DNA of 63,872 nucleotides, filler included, from Piedraia hortae CBS 480.64 (GCA_010093745.1; 4 parts of 4 records of this genome joined end to end with filler, not necessarily neighbours in it), one strand, 5' to 3'. Numbered from the whole stretch's first letter, positions 34,761 through 44,437 are shown. The notes: generated by a model not told the origin, from the sequence alone. Translations and numbers: made by a program.

Positions 34761-35771
34761 TCAGGCGGCGCGCTGGTGGAAGAGATCGGCCGCCCAGGAT
34801 TCGACCCAGTTGGCGGTGATCTGGTCATGATCGAGCTCGCCGGTCTCGATGAGTTCGCGGATCTGAGCGCGTGCATCAGCGATGGCCCGCTCCCATGGAT
34901 CATCGTCGCCGAGGGAACGCGCCTGGTGGTCGGCGGCCTCGGGCAGCGTGACCGGAGGGGCGAGCGCACGGCCGCACTGGCGTTGATACCATTGCTCCAT
35001 GTGCGAGGCGACCAGGCGATCGCTCTTCGCAACGCCGCGGCGAAGAGCGTCTCGTCGCGCCGCGACGCCGAAGGCCTGGCTGTCGATCGAGGCGATCCAG
35101 CGGGAGAACGGTGCCAGGTAGGGCAAGGCGTCCCCTTTGACGCCGAAGGCGTGGGCACGGACCCCGACCGGGAGCACGCGCGAGAGCCGTTCAACCACGG
35201 CGACGAGCCCCTCCGGGCCATGGATGACGCGTCGGCACATGCTTCCGATGCCGACAACGGTGCCCGGCAGGAGCATGCCCTCGATCGCCTCGAGGCAGCG
35301 GACGTAGTCGTCGGGCGTTCGGCCCTGCAGGACCGGCATGAAGCGATCCCGGATACCAAGGTCTCCAGCGCGGGCGAAACACTCGTGGTTGGTCGCAATC
35401 GTACGGGAGATCCTGTCGAGAACCTCTTCGCGGTGCGACGCGACGCCGTCCTCGCAGCAATAGTCGATCGAGGACACGCGCCGGAACGGGTACGAGGCGG
35501 CAAGCGCCATGTAGTCGGCTATCGACCACGGCAGACCGCCGTAGCGCACCATCATCGAGTAACCGGCGCTGTCGAGGTCGAGGCTGACGAGGCCGTGGGC
35601 GTTGTCGAGGGTAGCCGTGCGCCACCCCGCCCATTCGCGCCAGCCATCGGCCTTGCGCCAGCGCGACAAGCAGTTGGCGGAGATCAGCACCGGTGCCTGT
35701 AGGCGCCGCGCTGTTGCGAGAAGCGCACCATCGGCGAGGTGCGGCAGGCCCAGGATGATTTCGATCGTCAT
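34761..35771 (-). CDS. TGT/DpdA-like base-exchange (transglycosylase-fold) protein
   Basis: LDSAGY (TGT DSGG-like), IDYCCE, PVLQG, GIGSMCRR, HAFGVK, SIDSQA; ATGA overlap with the upstream gene. Confidence 0.75.
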   Translation of the reverse strand: MTIEIILGLPHLADGALLATARRLQAPVLISANCLSRWRKADGWREWAGWRTATLDNAHGLVSLDLDSAGYSMMVRYGGLPWSIADYMALAASYPFRRVSSIDYCCEDGVASHREEVLDRISRTIATNHECFARAGDLGIRDRFMPVLQGRTPDDYVRCLEAIEGMLLPGTVVGIGSMCRRVIHGPEGLVAVVERLSRVLPVGVRAHAFGVKGDALPYLAPFSRWIASIDSQAFGVAARRDALRRGVAKSDRLVASHMEQWYQRQCGRALAPPVTLPEAADHQARSLGDDDPWERAIADARAQIRELIETGELDHDQITANWVESWAADLFHQRAA

Positions 35772-36154
35772 GACGGCTCTCCCCGGTAGATGTCGGGGTA
35801 GCCGCTGATCGTCGTCAGCTTGCCTCCGGCGATCGCGACAGAGATGTTGCCGTGGAGCTCGAGGTGGCGATCGCCGCGACGGCGGATGTAGAAGTCGAGA
35901 AGGCCGCGCCCGTCCGGCGTTAACTCGACGCCGCGCGTGAAGGCTGTCCACGGCTCATAGTCGTCGAGATCGGTGTCCTGCCAGTCGGGATCGTCGCTGA
36001 TCAGCGCGAAGTTGATCGACGTTTCGCCTGACACAAGGCTCTGCCGACGCCCGACCTCGAGCATCACTTGCCCGACCCGTTCGAACTTGGCCTCACGCCG
36101 TGCGGCGTCGCGAATGGCCGCGATGTCTGCCGCAGAGGGGCGGAAGCGAGGCAT
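35768..36154 (-). CDS. Hypothetical protein
   Basis: Overlaps both neighbours (TGATG and ATGA). Confidence 0.75.
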   Translation of the reverse strand: MPRFRPSAADIAAIRDAARREAKFERVGQVMLEVGRRQSLVSGETSINFALISDDPDWQDTDLDDYEPWTAFTRGVELTPDGRGLLDFYIRRRGDRHLELHGNISVAIAGGKLTTISGYPDIYRGEPS

Positions 36155-36513
36155 CAAAGATCCTCCCGCAGCATGAGGGTTAGCACGCGGGCCGTGCGGC
36201 TGGCGTCGGCAGGATCTTCCGAACCCCATTCCAGCGCCGGATCATAATAGTCGATGCGGAAGAAGACCTCGGTGTCGTCGATGATGAAGGAGCCGCGATC
36301 GCGCTCCGGGCAGTCGGCAGCGAAGCTGTGCCGGCGAAGCTCCTGCAGCAGGCGCGCTTGGGCCACGGCCTCCGACGCGAGCGTGTCGGTCGATAGGGTG
36401 GCAAGGCACGTGCGCGTGACGGTGATGCGCGCGGTTCGATCGAGGCCCTGACGGCATCGGTCGTTTAGACGCGCGATCGTTTCGACGCGCGTCTCGGCAG
36501 CATTCTCGATCAT
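36154..36513 (-). CDS. DUF3768 family protein
   Basis: IARLNDRCR...ERDRGSF...FFRIDYYD...GSEDPAD...RVLTLML. Confidence 0.85.
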   Translation of the reverse strand: MIENAAETRVETIARLNDRCRQGLDRTARITVTRTCLATLSTDTLASEAVAQARLLQELRRHSFAADCPERDRGSFIIDDTEVFFRIDYYDPALEWGSEDPADASRTARVLTLMLREDL

Positions 36514-36549
36514 GGGTCGATCCTCGGTTCGTTCGATGGGCGGGGGGGA

Positions 36550-37485
36550 TCAGGCGGCCAGCGTGTCCGGGTGGCCGCGGCCTCGTTCGGCGAAGGCTAG
36601 GTGAAAGCGGTCGAGCCATTCGCCCATCTTCGGGCGCTCGCCGACGGGGATCGCAGCCGCGACGTCCTGGAAGCGGATGAGGTCGGTGGGAGCATCGCGG
36701 ACGATGCGATCGACTTCCTCGGCTCCCAGTAGACCCTCGGCCCGGATGAACGCGGTCATCGATCCGGGACGTGTCCTGGTCGACTTGCGCCATAGCCCTT
36801 CGACCGTATGGAGCCGGGGCGCGGCGCGTGCCTCCACCAGGACGATCAGTCGGAGGCACCATGGTGGAAGGCTGCGGATCTCGTCCGGCTTGTTCGCGAT
36901 GCACAGGATGCACGCCGACTTGGGTGGCACGGGCAGGCCTTCGGTCTCGATGCGCGACACGCATCGCGGGCGGTGCCATTGCCAGTCACGCAGCGGCGAT
37001 CGACACTCGTAGAGTGGGTCGTCGATCGTCAGCGCATGGTTGGCGCGCGCGGTGTCGCGGGGGCCAGCATCATAGCCGATCAGTCGGATGACCCGCTGGC
37101 CGCGGTCCCATGCCTCGACCGCAGGCTGCCACGTCTTGAGGAAAGCGTCCTGCGGGGCCTTCTTGTACTTGAGGCTGCATGACGATCCGCCAAGCGATTT
37201 GCTCGGCAAGGTCGCGTTCGTCAGGCACATTTCGAGGATTCCGAAGTACGGCGGCCAGTGCTTGAACCGCTTGGGCATGTAGGAGACGAGCTCGAACCGG
37301 ATGCCGCGGTCGCGCATCCAGGGGCGGATGATGTCGAGATAGTCGTAGGTTTCCGGCTTCTCGTTGCCGGTGTCCGCGCTGAGGACGAGATCAGGAGCCT
37401 GACCGCGGGCATGCAGCTCGATCAGCAGCGCTGTGCTGTCGACGCCTATCCCGTACGACAGCACGGACGGAGGGGGCGGCAGCAT
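36550..37485 (-). CDS. PP-loop / PAPS-reductase-like protein
   Basis: SYGIGVDS PP-loop variant, ADTGNEKPETY, CSLKYK, IGYDAG, PL..W.W.R..C, PPKSACILC. Confidence 0.8.
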   Translation of the reverse strand: MLPPPPSVLSYGIGVDSTALLIELHARGQAPDLVLSADTGNEKPETYDYLDIIRPWMRDRGIRFELVSYMPKRFKHWPPYFGILEMCLTNATLPSKSLGGSSCSLKYKKAPQDAFLKTWQPAVEAWDRGQRVIRLIGYDAGPRDTARANHALTIDDPLYECRSPLRDWQWHRPRCVSRIETEGLPVPPKSACILCIANKPDEIRSLPPWCLRLIVLVEARAAPRLHTVEGLWRKSTRTRPGSMTAFIRAEGLLGAEEVDRIVRDAPTDLIRFQDVAAAIPVGERPKMGEWLDRFHLAFAERGRGHPDTLAA

Positions 37486-37486
37486 G

Positions 37487-39181
37487 TCACGCGCCCTCCT
37501 CGTTGGTGTCGGTCGGCGGGGCGGCGCGCTCGACGATCTTCACCTCGAGACGCTCGCGGTTGATGACGACCGTCACGGTTCGGTCGGCAGGAACCATGAA
37601 ATAATGTCCCGACAGCTTGTCGCGGATGCGGCTCTCGAGCGCTGCATCGTCACCCTCGAGAAGGCCGATGATCCGCTCGGCCGCATCCGCCTGGAAGCGC
37701 TCTAGCTGAGTGTCATAGCTGTCGGCGTCGCTGTCGGAAGACGGCTCGAACGAGGCTCGCTCGAACAGATCAGCGACCGCGAGGGCGGTCCGGCTGCTCC
37801 CGCGGCACACGAAGATGGACGTCCCGTCGACCGAGTTGCAGGTCCATTCGTCCGGCGCGAAGGCCACATCGGCAGCGGTCGAGGCCTCGATCGACGCGCC
37901 CGCGTGTGAGATGGTGGCCTCCAGCGTGATCGCGTCGACCCATCCGTCCTCGGCCTCGGCAGGCGCATCGAGCGTAGCCGAAACCACGAAGTCGAGGTCG
38001 CCCTGCACGATGCGGAACCGCAGGTCGTCCACGCGGGCGAGGACGTCGTACCAGCGATAACCGGTGAAGGCGTCCTGAGCCATGACAAGGGGCCCGCCGA
38101 ACGGGTTGTGGGTGGCGATCGCCTCCGCAGCCGGTTGTGCGACCAGCGCGTCGAAGTCGGACATGACCACCATCGCAGTGTCGGTGGTGCGCTCGCCCGA
38201 GGCATAGTTCCGACCGCTATCGGCCGCGGGTGCGCTCCATGCGAAGAGGTATGCCGCCGCTTCCGGCAGATCGACACCGAGGTCGACCGCCTCGCGCCAG
38301 CGTTCCGCCGACAGCCGGTGCGATCCTTGCGCGGCGATCGCGCGGTAGATGGCGACGCTCACCGCCCGGCGCAGTTCTGTCAGGCCGTCGTTCTCGATCG
38401 CCTCCTTGCGTGCCGGGAGCACGAGCTGGATCTGTGGCGCGTCGAAGATATCGACGCGCGCGACCCAGTGATGGCCTCGGTCGACCTCCTGGACGTCCGG
38501 CAGCTTGCAGGGGATCGTCAGCCCATGGAAGTTCAAGCGTCCGTCATGGGTCGAGTAGGATGACGGATGTTTCTGGAAGATCCCGATGCGGGTTCCGTTC
38601 CACTCCTCGATATGAACTGCGTCCGCCAGCCAGTCCTCGCGCGGCAGTGCCTTGCCGTCGAGCGTCACCGGCAGTGGATAGTGTTTTGCCGCCTTGGCGA
38701 CGTCGTCAGCGAGCGTCTTCAGCCAGCTGTCCGGCACCTTGATGGTGATGGCGGTGCCGCGCGAGATCGGGTCGGGCGAGATCGCGATCGGCCGGCTCGT
38801 TTCCCAGGCCGAGGCGGGGATGTGTGCCATCCATCCCTGGCGATCAGGACGGGAGAAGGAACGCACCATCACGTCTCGTCCGGCGAGGCTGAAAACTCCC
38901 ATGCCCGCAGGATCTTCCATGCGGCGCGTCTCGTCGGACCATCCCGATCGACCCAGCGTCACGATCGAGGCGGGATCGTCGATCCCATGCCCGTCGTCGA
39001 TGATGTGGAGGAGCGTATCGGGACCACCCGACTGGATCAGCACGGCAACCGCAAGAGCGCCGGCGCGCCGAGCATTCTGGAAGAGCTCGGTCACCACGTC
39101 GAAGGCGGTGTTGTTGAACAGCCGGGTGACCTTCGCGATTGTCTCGGGTGCGACCGCGGTCGCGATGGTGGCGGGGATCAT
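37487..39181 (-). CDS. GHKL (HATPase) ATP-binding protein
   Basis: Bergerat-fold motifs ELFQNARRAGA, DDGHGI, AGMGVFSL, GTAI. Confidence 0.85.
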   Translation of the reverse strand: MIPATIATAVAPETIAKVTRLFNNTAFDVVTELFQNARRAGALAVAVLIQSGGPDTLLHIIDDGHGIDDPASIVTLGRSGWSDETRRMEDPAGMGVFSLAGRDVMVRSFSRPDRQGWMAHIPASAWETSRPIAISPDPISRGTAITIKVPDSWLKTLADDVAKAAKHYPLPVTLDGKALPREDWLADAVHIEEWNGTRIGIFQKHPSSYSTHDGRLNFHGLTIPCKLPDVQEVDRGHHWVARVDIFDAPQIQLVLPARKEAIENDGLTELRRAVSVAIYRAIAAQGSHRLSAERWREAVDLGVDLPEAAAYLFAWSAPAADSGRNYASGERTTDTAMVVMSDFDALVAQPAAEAIATHNPFGGPLVMAQDAFTGYRWYDVLARVDDLRFRIVQGDLDFVVSATLDAPAEAEDGWVDAITLEATISHAGASIEASTAADVAFAPDEWTCNSVDGTSIFVCRGSSRTALAVADLFERASFEPSSDSDADSYDTQLERFQADAAERIIGLLEGDDAALESRIRDKLSGHYFMVPADRTVTVVINRERLEVKIVERAAPPTDTNEEGA

Positions 39182-39261
39182 GATGCGCTCCTCGTGGCTG
39201 GCGTGTCCTTCACGCCCGCCCGGCCCCTCCCCCTCCCCTTCGATCCAGGGTCGTTCCGCGC

Positions 39262-40482
39262 CTATGGCTGCGGAGCAAGGGCGAGGATATCCTGCAGCGT
39301 CGGGGCAGACTCGCGACGCGGACGTCGGCTGAATTTGAGGCCCTGCTTCTCGGCGTACTTGTGGACGCCCGCGTAGTTGCGCCCCAAGGCGACGACGAGG
39401 TCAGGCAAGGCGATGCCATGAGCGTGCGCGAGCGCGAGCGCGTGGCATTCGTCATCGCTCCAAGGTCGATGGTAGCCGTGAACCAATCCTAAGATATTCG
39501 CGCGAGTGAAGAGGGAGGCCTTGGTACGGCCCATCTTGTTGGCGAGATCCGCCATCGGCATCTTGCCATAGTGTTCACGCAGCGTTGCAACGTCGCCCTC
39601 GGTCCAGACGGGACCGCCTCAGAAGCCGTCCCGATTAACGTGAGTACCGCGCAGACCGAGGTATTCGGCCCGCCACTTGATCGAGTGGGTGGTGCGGCCG
39701 AGCCGGGCTATGAGCGGCGTGCGGCTCGTTCCGTCGGCATAGACGCGGGTCAACAGAGCGTCCTCGTCCGGAGTCCATGGACGGCCCCAACCGCGGCCGT
39801 AGCCTAGCTTGCGCAGGTGCGGGCCGAACCCTGCCTTCGTGCGCCGGGGAAAGCCCTCGGCAACCATCATCTCTATGATATCGACGTAGCGATGGCCCTC
39901 AGCCGCGAGTGTCAGCGCGCGGGCCGCCTCGGCCTCGGTCCATCCTGGCGGGTTGTTCGGGTGTCGCAGCCCAAGGTTGCTCGCGTGCGTGATCGTGCCC
40001 GAGAGCGGGCGACCGATCAGCACTGCGATCTGTGCGACCGGTATCGCGCGCTCGAAGCCGGCGCGCAGCTGAGCATCCTCCCACTCGGTCCAGCGTGGGG
40101 CATTGCCTTCGGTAAGGCCGAGAAGGCCGGCACGAGCATAAACGGCGGTGCAGGCTCGTCCGAGATCCTGTGCGAGCGCGGATGCGGGACGTGAGCCGTA
40201 CTCGCGTGTCAGCCAGGCGTCCTCGGCCTCGGACCAGTTCCGCTGCGAGTTTCGGCGCAACCCCAAGGTCACGATCTTGTCGCGGACGCCGTGGATGCGC
40301 CGGCCGATCGCTGAAGCGATGTCGTCTATCGCGATGTCGTCGCGAAACAGGCGCTCCAGCGTTGCGACCTCGTCGGGCATCCAGGCATCGCCACGGTATG
40401 CCATCTCGCGAAGCCGGCCTGTCGGCGCCGTTCGTGCCGGACAGGCGACGAGCTCGACGATATCGGGCGCCAGGTCGGTCAT
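39262..40482 (-). pseudogene. Seven-repeat Myb/HTH-like protein interrupted by one in-frame TGA (39619-39621)
   Basis: Reading through TGA gives ...RDGF*GGPVWTEGDVATLREHYGKMPMADLA... in the same frame; seven W(T/S)xxE(D)xxL...GR...LGL-type units. Confidence 0.8.
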
Positions 40483-41687
40483 AGGGCCACCACTGCGACG
40501 TCGCTGAGGCGGGCACGCAGACGCGCATGGAGACGCGCAATGCGGTCGTCGCCCTTGGGCATCGTATCGACGGCAGTGATCGCCGACAGGAGGTTGAGCG
40601 CCCGATCGGTTCGCTCCGCATCTAGCGACAGGTGTCTTGCGAGATCGCGCGCCGTGCTGGCGTTCGGAGAAATGCGTTTGAGTGCCTCGACGATCGCGGC
40701 AGCATCGGTAGCGGCGGGATCAAGGAGGAAGGCGTCCAGCGCGCGCGTGCCCTTGAGCGCGATCGCAGGGCCGTGGTCTGCCACCTCGGCAAGCCCGGCG
40801 AGGTCGAGTAACCGAGCCGCCTCGGTCGCGTCGACAGAGGCCGCGGCGCGCAGCTCGGGGGTTTTTCCAATATGCTCGGTGATCGTCGGATCGATGTGGG
40901 CGAGGCAGGGTGTCGCCGACAGGGCCGGTCCCATCGCGAAGAAGTCGCCAGGGACGAGCGTGCGGAGCGCATCGGCCTCCTTGGCTGAGAAGCCGAGAAG
41001 ATCGGCTACTCGCGCGATGTCGCGATCGAAGACGTTGAGGCCCACGAGGACGTTTTGGAGTTCGGAAACCACGGAGGTCGACAGCTTGGCGAGCCGTTGG
41101 GTGGCGATTACGGGCGCCAGCCCACGCTTACGGCCGCGAGCGCACAGATCGGTGAGTGTCGCGACGCCGAGGCGTCGCGCTTCCGCGTCTCGAGCGGACC
41201 CGGCGACGTGTGGCGCGAGGAGGTGTCCCTCGTCGATGCAGACAAGGACGGTGTGATCCCAGTCCTCGCGCGGCGCGCCGATGAGGCCGGCGAAGAAGGC
41301 TGCCGCCTTGATGATGCGCTGGTCGGGATCGAGGTCGGTCAGGTCGATGTGGATCGACAGCCGATGATGTCGGCTTCGCGCGGCCGCGGCGGTTAGGCCA
41401 TCGGCGGTCAGTTCGACCGCGCGGATCGTGGTGGCACCGATGTGACGGGCGAGGTTCTCGAACTCGCCCTCCGGGTCGACGATCGCGATCGTCGTGTAGT
41501 CGAACGCTTCTTCAATGATCCGGCGCAGCGTTCGGCTCTTTCCCGCACCCGAGCTGCCCTGGATGAGCAGGCGCCCGGCAAGAAGTCGATCGAGATCAAG
41601 GTGGAGTGCGCCGCTCGAATGGTGGCCCAGCGGTACGCGATTGTCTGCGGCCTCGGGGAGCGGCCTGATGGGGGTGACGCAGGTCAT
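40479..41687 (-). CDS. HerA/FtsK-superfamily ATPase with possible C-terminal winged helix
   Basis: GSSGAGKS, DPEGEF, VCIDEGH, RGRKRG, ATQR; AAGGA RBS. Confidence 0.88.
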   Translation of the reverse strand: MTCVTPIRPLPEAADNRVPLGHHSSGALHLDLDRLLAGRLLIQGSSGAGKSRTLRRIIEEAFDYTTIAIVDPEGEFENLARHIGATTIRAVELTADGLTAAAARSRHHRLSIHIDLTDLDPDQRIIKAAAFFAGLIGAPREDWDHTVLVCIDEGHLLAPHVAGSARDAEARRLGVATLTDLCARGRKRGLAPVIATQRLAKLSTSVVSELQNVLVGLNVFDRDIARVADLLGFSAKEADALRTLVPGDFFAMGPALSATPCLAHIDPTITEHIGKTPELRAAASVDATEAARLLDLAGLAEVADHGPAIALKGTRALDAFLLDPAATDAAAIVEALKRISPNASTARDLARHLSLDAERTDRALNLLSAITAVDTMPKGDDRIARLHARLRARLSDVAVVAL

Positions 41688-41725
41688 AGCGGCATCCTTG
41701 TTCTGGCGTCGTATGGTTTGGGGTG

Positions 41726-42370
41726 TCAGGTCAGGGCGGCGACCTGCTTGGTGATCGGCGCCGTGCTTGCGACCCGCTCTGCCGAGAGCGTGTCGAAGGT
41801 TTCGGGCATGACCCGAGCGTCGTAGCGTGCCTTGTCGACGAGGCCGTAGATGGGCTCGCCCTCGTGGCGCGCGAAGCCGAGCGCATCCACGCTGGCGACA
41901 CGGCGAAAGACGCATCCGACCTTGCCGTCAGGAACCCAGTCCGCCCATGACCCGGACGCCGAGACGCTCTCGTACTGCCCAATGATGGCGGTGTAGGCGG
42001 CGCGACGGCGGACGACGTGGCTTTCTCCGATCGTCACCTCCTCGCCGGTCAAGGCCGTCCAGCGATCCGGATGCCAGCATCGCACCGACCGACGGGCGTT
42101 CTCGACCTGAAGAACGATGCCGGGCACGGGCAAGCGGCGGAACTCGCTCGCAAAACCGTAGAGAACCAGCGCATAGTCGACGTCCTCCTCGTAGAATGGG
42201 TCCGCTAGACGAAGTGCCTCGGGCATCGCGGCTTGACGTTCATCGGAGAGGACGTAGCCGCCATGGCTCGGCGTCGAGACGCGCCAGATGCCGTGAAGAA
42301 CCTGGTCGGCGCGATCGGGTGTTCCCCATGGCGTTGTGTCGGGCCGGGGGCTCGGCTGGAAGCGGGTCAT
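41726..42370 (-). CDS. Conserved plasmid-type protein (DUF7007-like)
   Basis: TPWG...GIWRVSTPSHGGY...FYEED pattern. Confidence 0.65.
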   Translation of the reverse strand: MTRFQPSPRPDTTPWGTPDRADQVLHGIWRVSTPSHGGYVLSDERQAAMPEALRLADPFYEEDVDYALVLYGFASEFRRLPVPGIVLQVENARRSVRCWHPDRWTALTGEEVTIGESHVVRRRAAYTAIIGQYESVSASGSWADWVPDGKVGCVFRRVASVDALGFARHEGEPIYGLVDKARYDARVMPETFDTLSAERVASTAPITKQVAALT

Positions 42371-42429
42371 CTGTCGTCTCCCTTATGGATCGGACAGGTC
42401 CCTCCCTCTCTCCTTCAATGAACCCAGGA

Positions 42430-43749
42430 TCACCCGATATGCAGCTGGTCGAGCACGGCCGCTTCGAGCGCGCCATCTTCCAGGTCCTCGGCATGGATCG
42501 TCACCACCGGAGCGATCTCGCGGAGCTTCTCCACCTGTCGCATCTTGAGGCCCAACGTGTCGGCGTCGTGCCCGGTGACCACCTCCAGCGCCGCTTCCAT
42601 GACCTCTCCTGTTGTGAAGTCACGTAGATCCAGGAGCAGATCGGGGCGGACCTCGCCCGCACTCGTCGCGACGTCGAAGAGCAGCCTCTTGAACCCGATG
42701 CCGATGCCACGCCGGCGGAGTCGGTATTGCAGATCGAGCAGACCCACGATGGTCTCGCGCTCCGCTGCATTATGCACGGCAATGAAGTTGGAGGGGCGAG
42801 CGACAGGCTGCGCATACGCCCGAAGCGCAGCATAGCCCTCGCGCGGGTTATGTTCGCCGATCACTGCAAGGACCAGGAACGGAGGCCCGATCCGGCGCTG
42901 ATGAACGCCGATGTGCCTGATGCGATTTTTCACGATGAGCTCGCGTCCGCCCGCCAGCGTCACCGTCGTTCCCGAAATATCGACGGCGTAGAGCAGGAGG
43001 AATGCCTGCGGCGCATGTTCGGCGGGCCAGTGGCGCGCCGCCTCGCGCAGCTTCGCGAAGACGATGCCGCGTTCGTAGGGGTCTATATGGGTGTAGAGGT
43101 GGCGTGCGAGCGGGATGCCGGGAGCTATCTCGACGCGCTCGGCCGCGCTGCGCAGCCGTCCGAACTCCAGCGCCATCGACGCCTCACGAGGTTCTCCCCT
43201 ACCCAGCGGCTCGACAACGTTGACCCGAGCCATTTCCATTAGCTGCCAGAGCAGGCGCGCAAGGCGCGGTATCGCAACGCCGCGCGTGCGATCATCTGGC
43301 TCGTCGTCTTCAGGAAGCTGGGCGAGCTTCTCAGGCGCGAGCCGGTGCGCGGAGAAGAGACCGTCTGGCTCGTTGATGGTGCGCGGCGTCGCGGTCGCCT
43401 TCTCGCGGATGCGGGGAGGTGCTTGTTCGCGAAAGAACGGGCAGTCGACATGGTGCTCCGGTCGCCGCTGCCGGATGCTCGTAAGGCGCCTGAGGTAGTA
43501 TGTCTCGGCCTCAGACAGATAGGCTGGCGATAGCAGTGGTGGGTCAGCCGCGTCCCCGAGGCAGTCGCATGCGATCCACTGATGATGATCGCGCGCTTTG
43601 ACCACCATGATGACCGAAGCCCGATGATCGCTGTCTTCGCCATCGCCGCTGTACCAGCGCACCAACGCGCGTCGCACGACGTCAGGGACGCCGGTGCGTG
43701 ACGTAAGCCCTCTGGTGTCGCGCGGTACGAGCCACATGAGCGGGATCAT
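42430..43749 (-). CDS. DUF1173-like protein (Cys/His N-domain, possible C-terminal PD-(D/E)xK-like domain)
   Basis: WIACDC...YYLRR...HHVDCPF, LARLLW, RPDLLLD...ALEV. Confidence 0.55.
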   Translation of the reverse strand: MIPLMWLVPRDTRGLTSRTGVPDVVRRALVRWYSGDGEDSDHRASVIMVVKARDHHQWIACDCLGDAADPPLLSPAYLSEAETYYLRRLTSIRQRRPEHHVDCPFFREQAPPRIREKATATPRTINEPDGLFSAHRLAPEKLAQLPEDDEPDDRTRGVAIPRLARLLWQLMEMARVNVVEPLGRGEPREASMALEFGRLRSAAERVEIAPGIPLARHLYTHIDPYERGIVFAKLREAARHWPAEHAPQAFLLLYAVDISGTTVTLAGGRELIVKNRIRHIGVHQRRIGPPFLVLAVIGEHNPREGYAALRAYAQPVARPSNFIAVHNAAERETIVGLLDLQYRLRRRGIGIGFKRLLFDVATSAGEVRPDLLLDLRDFTTGEVMEAALEVVTGHDADTLGLKMRQVEKLREIAPVVTIHAEDLEDGALEAAVLDQLHIG

Positions 43750-43839
43750 ATCGGAAGATCAGAGGGTGAAAAGGTGCCGATGAACACTTGCAAGGTCGCA
43801 GATGTTCACGTTACGTTCGGACGACAGGAGGATTAGGTC

Positions 43840-44364
43840 ATGAAGCTTCAAGATTTCACCGGGCCGATCGATCTCGACCTCACGTTGCGCGACGCCTCGC
43901 TCAACCCCGATGTCCGACCGACCCGCCGCGCCATCGCCGCGGCCTCGATCGGTATCGAGCCGGAAGATGCCTACTATTCCGTGCGTGAGCTGCGGGAGGC
44001 ATGCGAGTGGATCCACGAGGGCGACCCTGCCGGCAAGGCGAAGCTGGCGCAGATGCTCGGCAATCGCTGCGACGATTATCAGCGGTGCATCTACTACAAT
44101 CTCGCGGGTCGTGGCGTGTGTGTGCTGATCGACGATCTGCTGTGGCTGGAGGCGCTGCTGCTCGGACGGGGACGCGTGGCAGGGTATCTGCATCGCACGA
44201 AGGCGCCGAAGCGGATCGCGCCGGCTCCCTACGTGGCGGCCGAGCCCGATGGCCCGGTTGGCCGTTTCGAGGCCGAGTTTGCGATCGGCGCCTCCTGGTC
44301 GCACGACCCGGGTCCCGACTACGATCCGATCGATCGTCCAGCAAAGCGCGATCGCCCGGCATAG
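43840..44364 (+). CDS. Hypothetical protein
   Basis: AGGAGG RBS; ends before a bidirectional terminator. Confidence 0.8.
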   Translation: MKLQDFTGPIDLDLTLRDASLNPDVRPTRRAIAAASIGIEPEDAYYSVRELREACEWIHEGDPAGKAKLAQMLGNRCDDYQRCIYYNLAGRGVCVLIDDLLWLEALLLGRGRVAGYLHRTKAPKRIAPAPYVAAEPDGPVGRFEAEFAIGASWSHDPGPDYDPIDRPAKRDRPA

Positions 44365-44382
44365 GGCTGGAGCCTACCAAAC

Positions 44383-44422
44383 AAAAAAAGCGGTCCGGCA
44401 TCGTCAGCCGGACCGCTTTGTG
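44383..44422. terminator. Bidirectional intrinsic terminator
   Basis: AAAGCGGTCCGGC-loop-GCCGGACCGCTTT between convergent genes. Confidence 0.85.
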
Positions 44423-44437
44423 TAGCGGGTACAGGCA

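Noticed and set aside
36550..37485. Sulfate-assimilation CysH or a canonical dnd phosphorothioation locus
   Set aside because: No CysH C-terminal ECGLH motif, and no cys genes or dndB/D/E neighbours
39619..39621. Selenocysteine codon
   Set aside because: It lies in a linker of a non-redox repeat protein and no convincing SECIS was recognised
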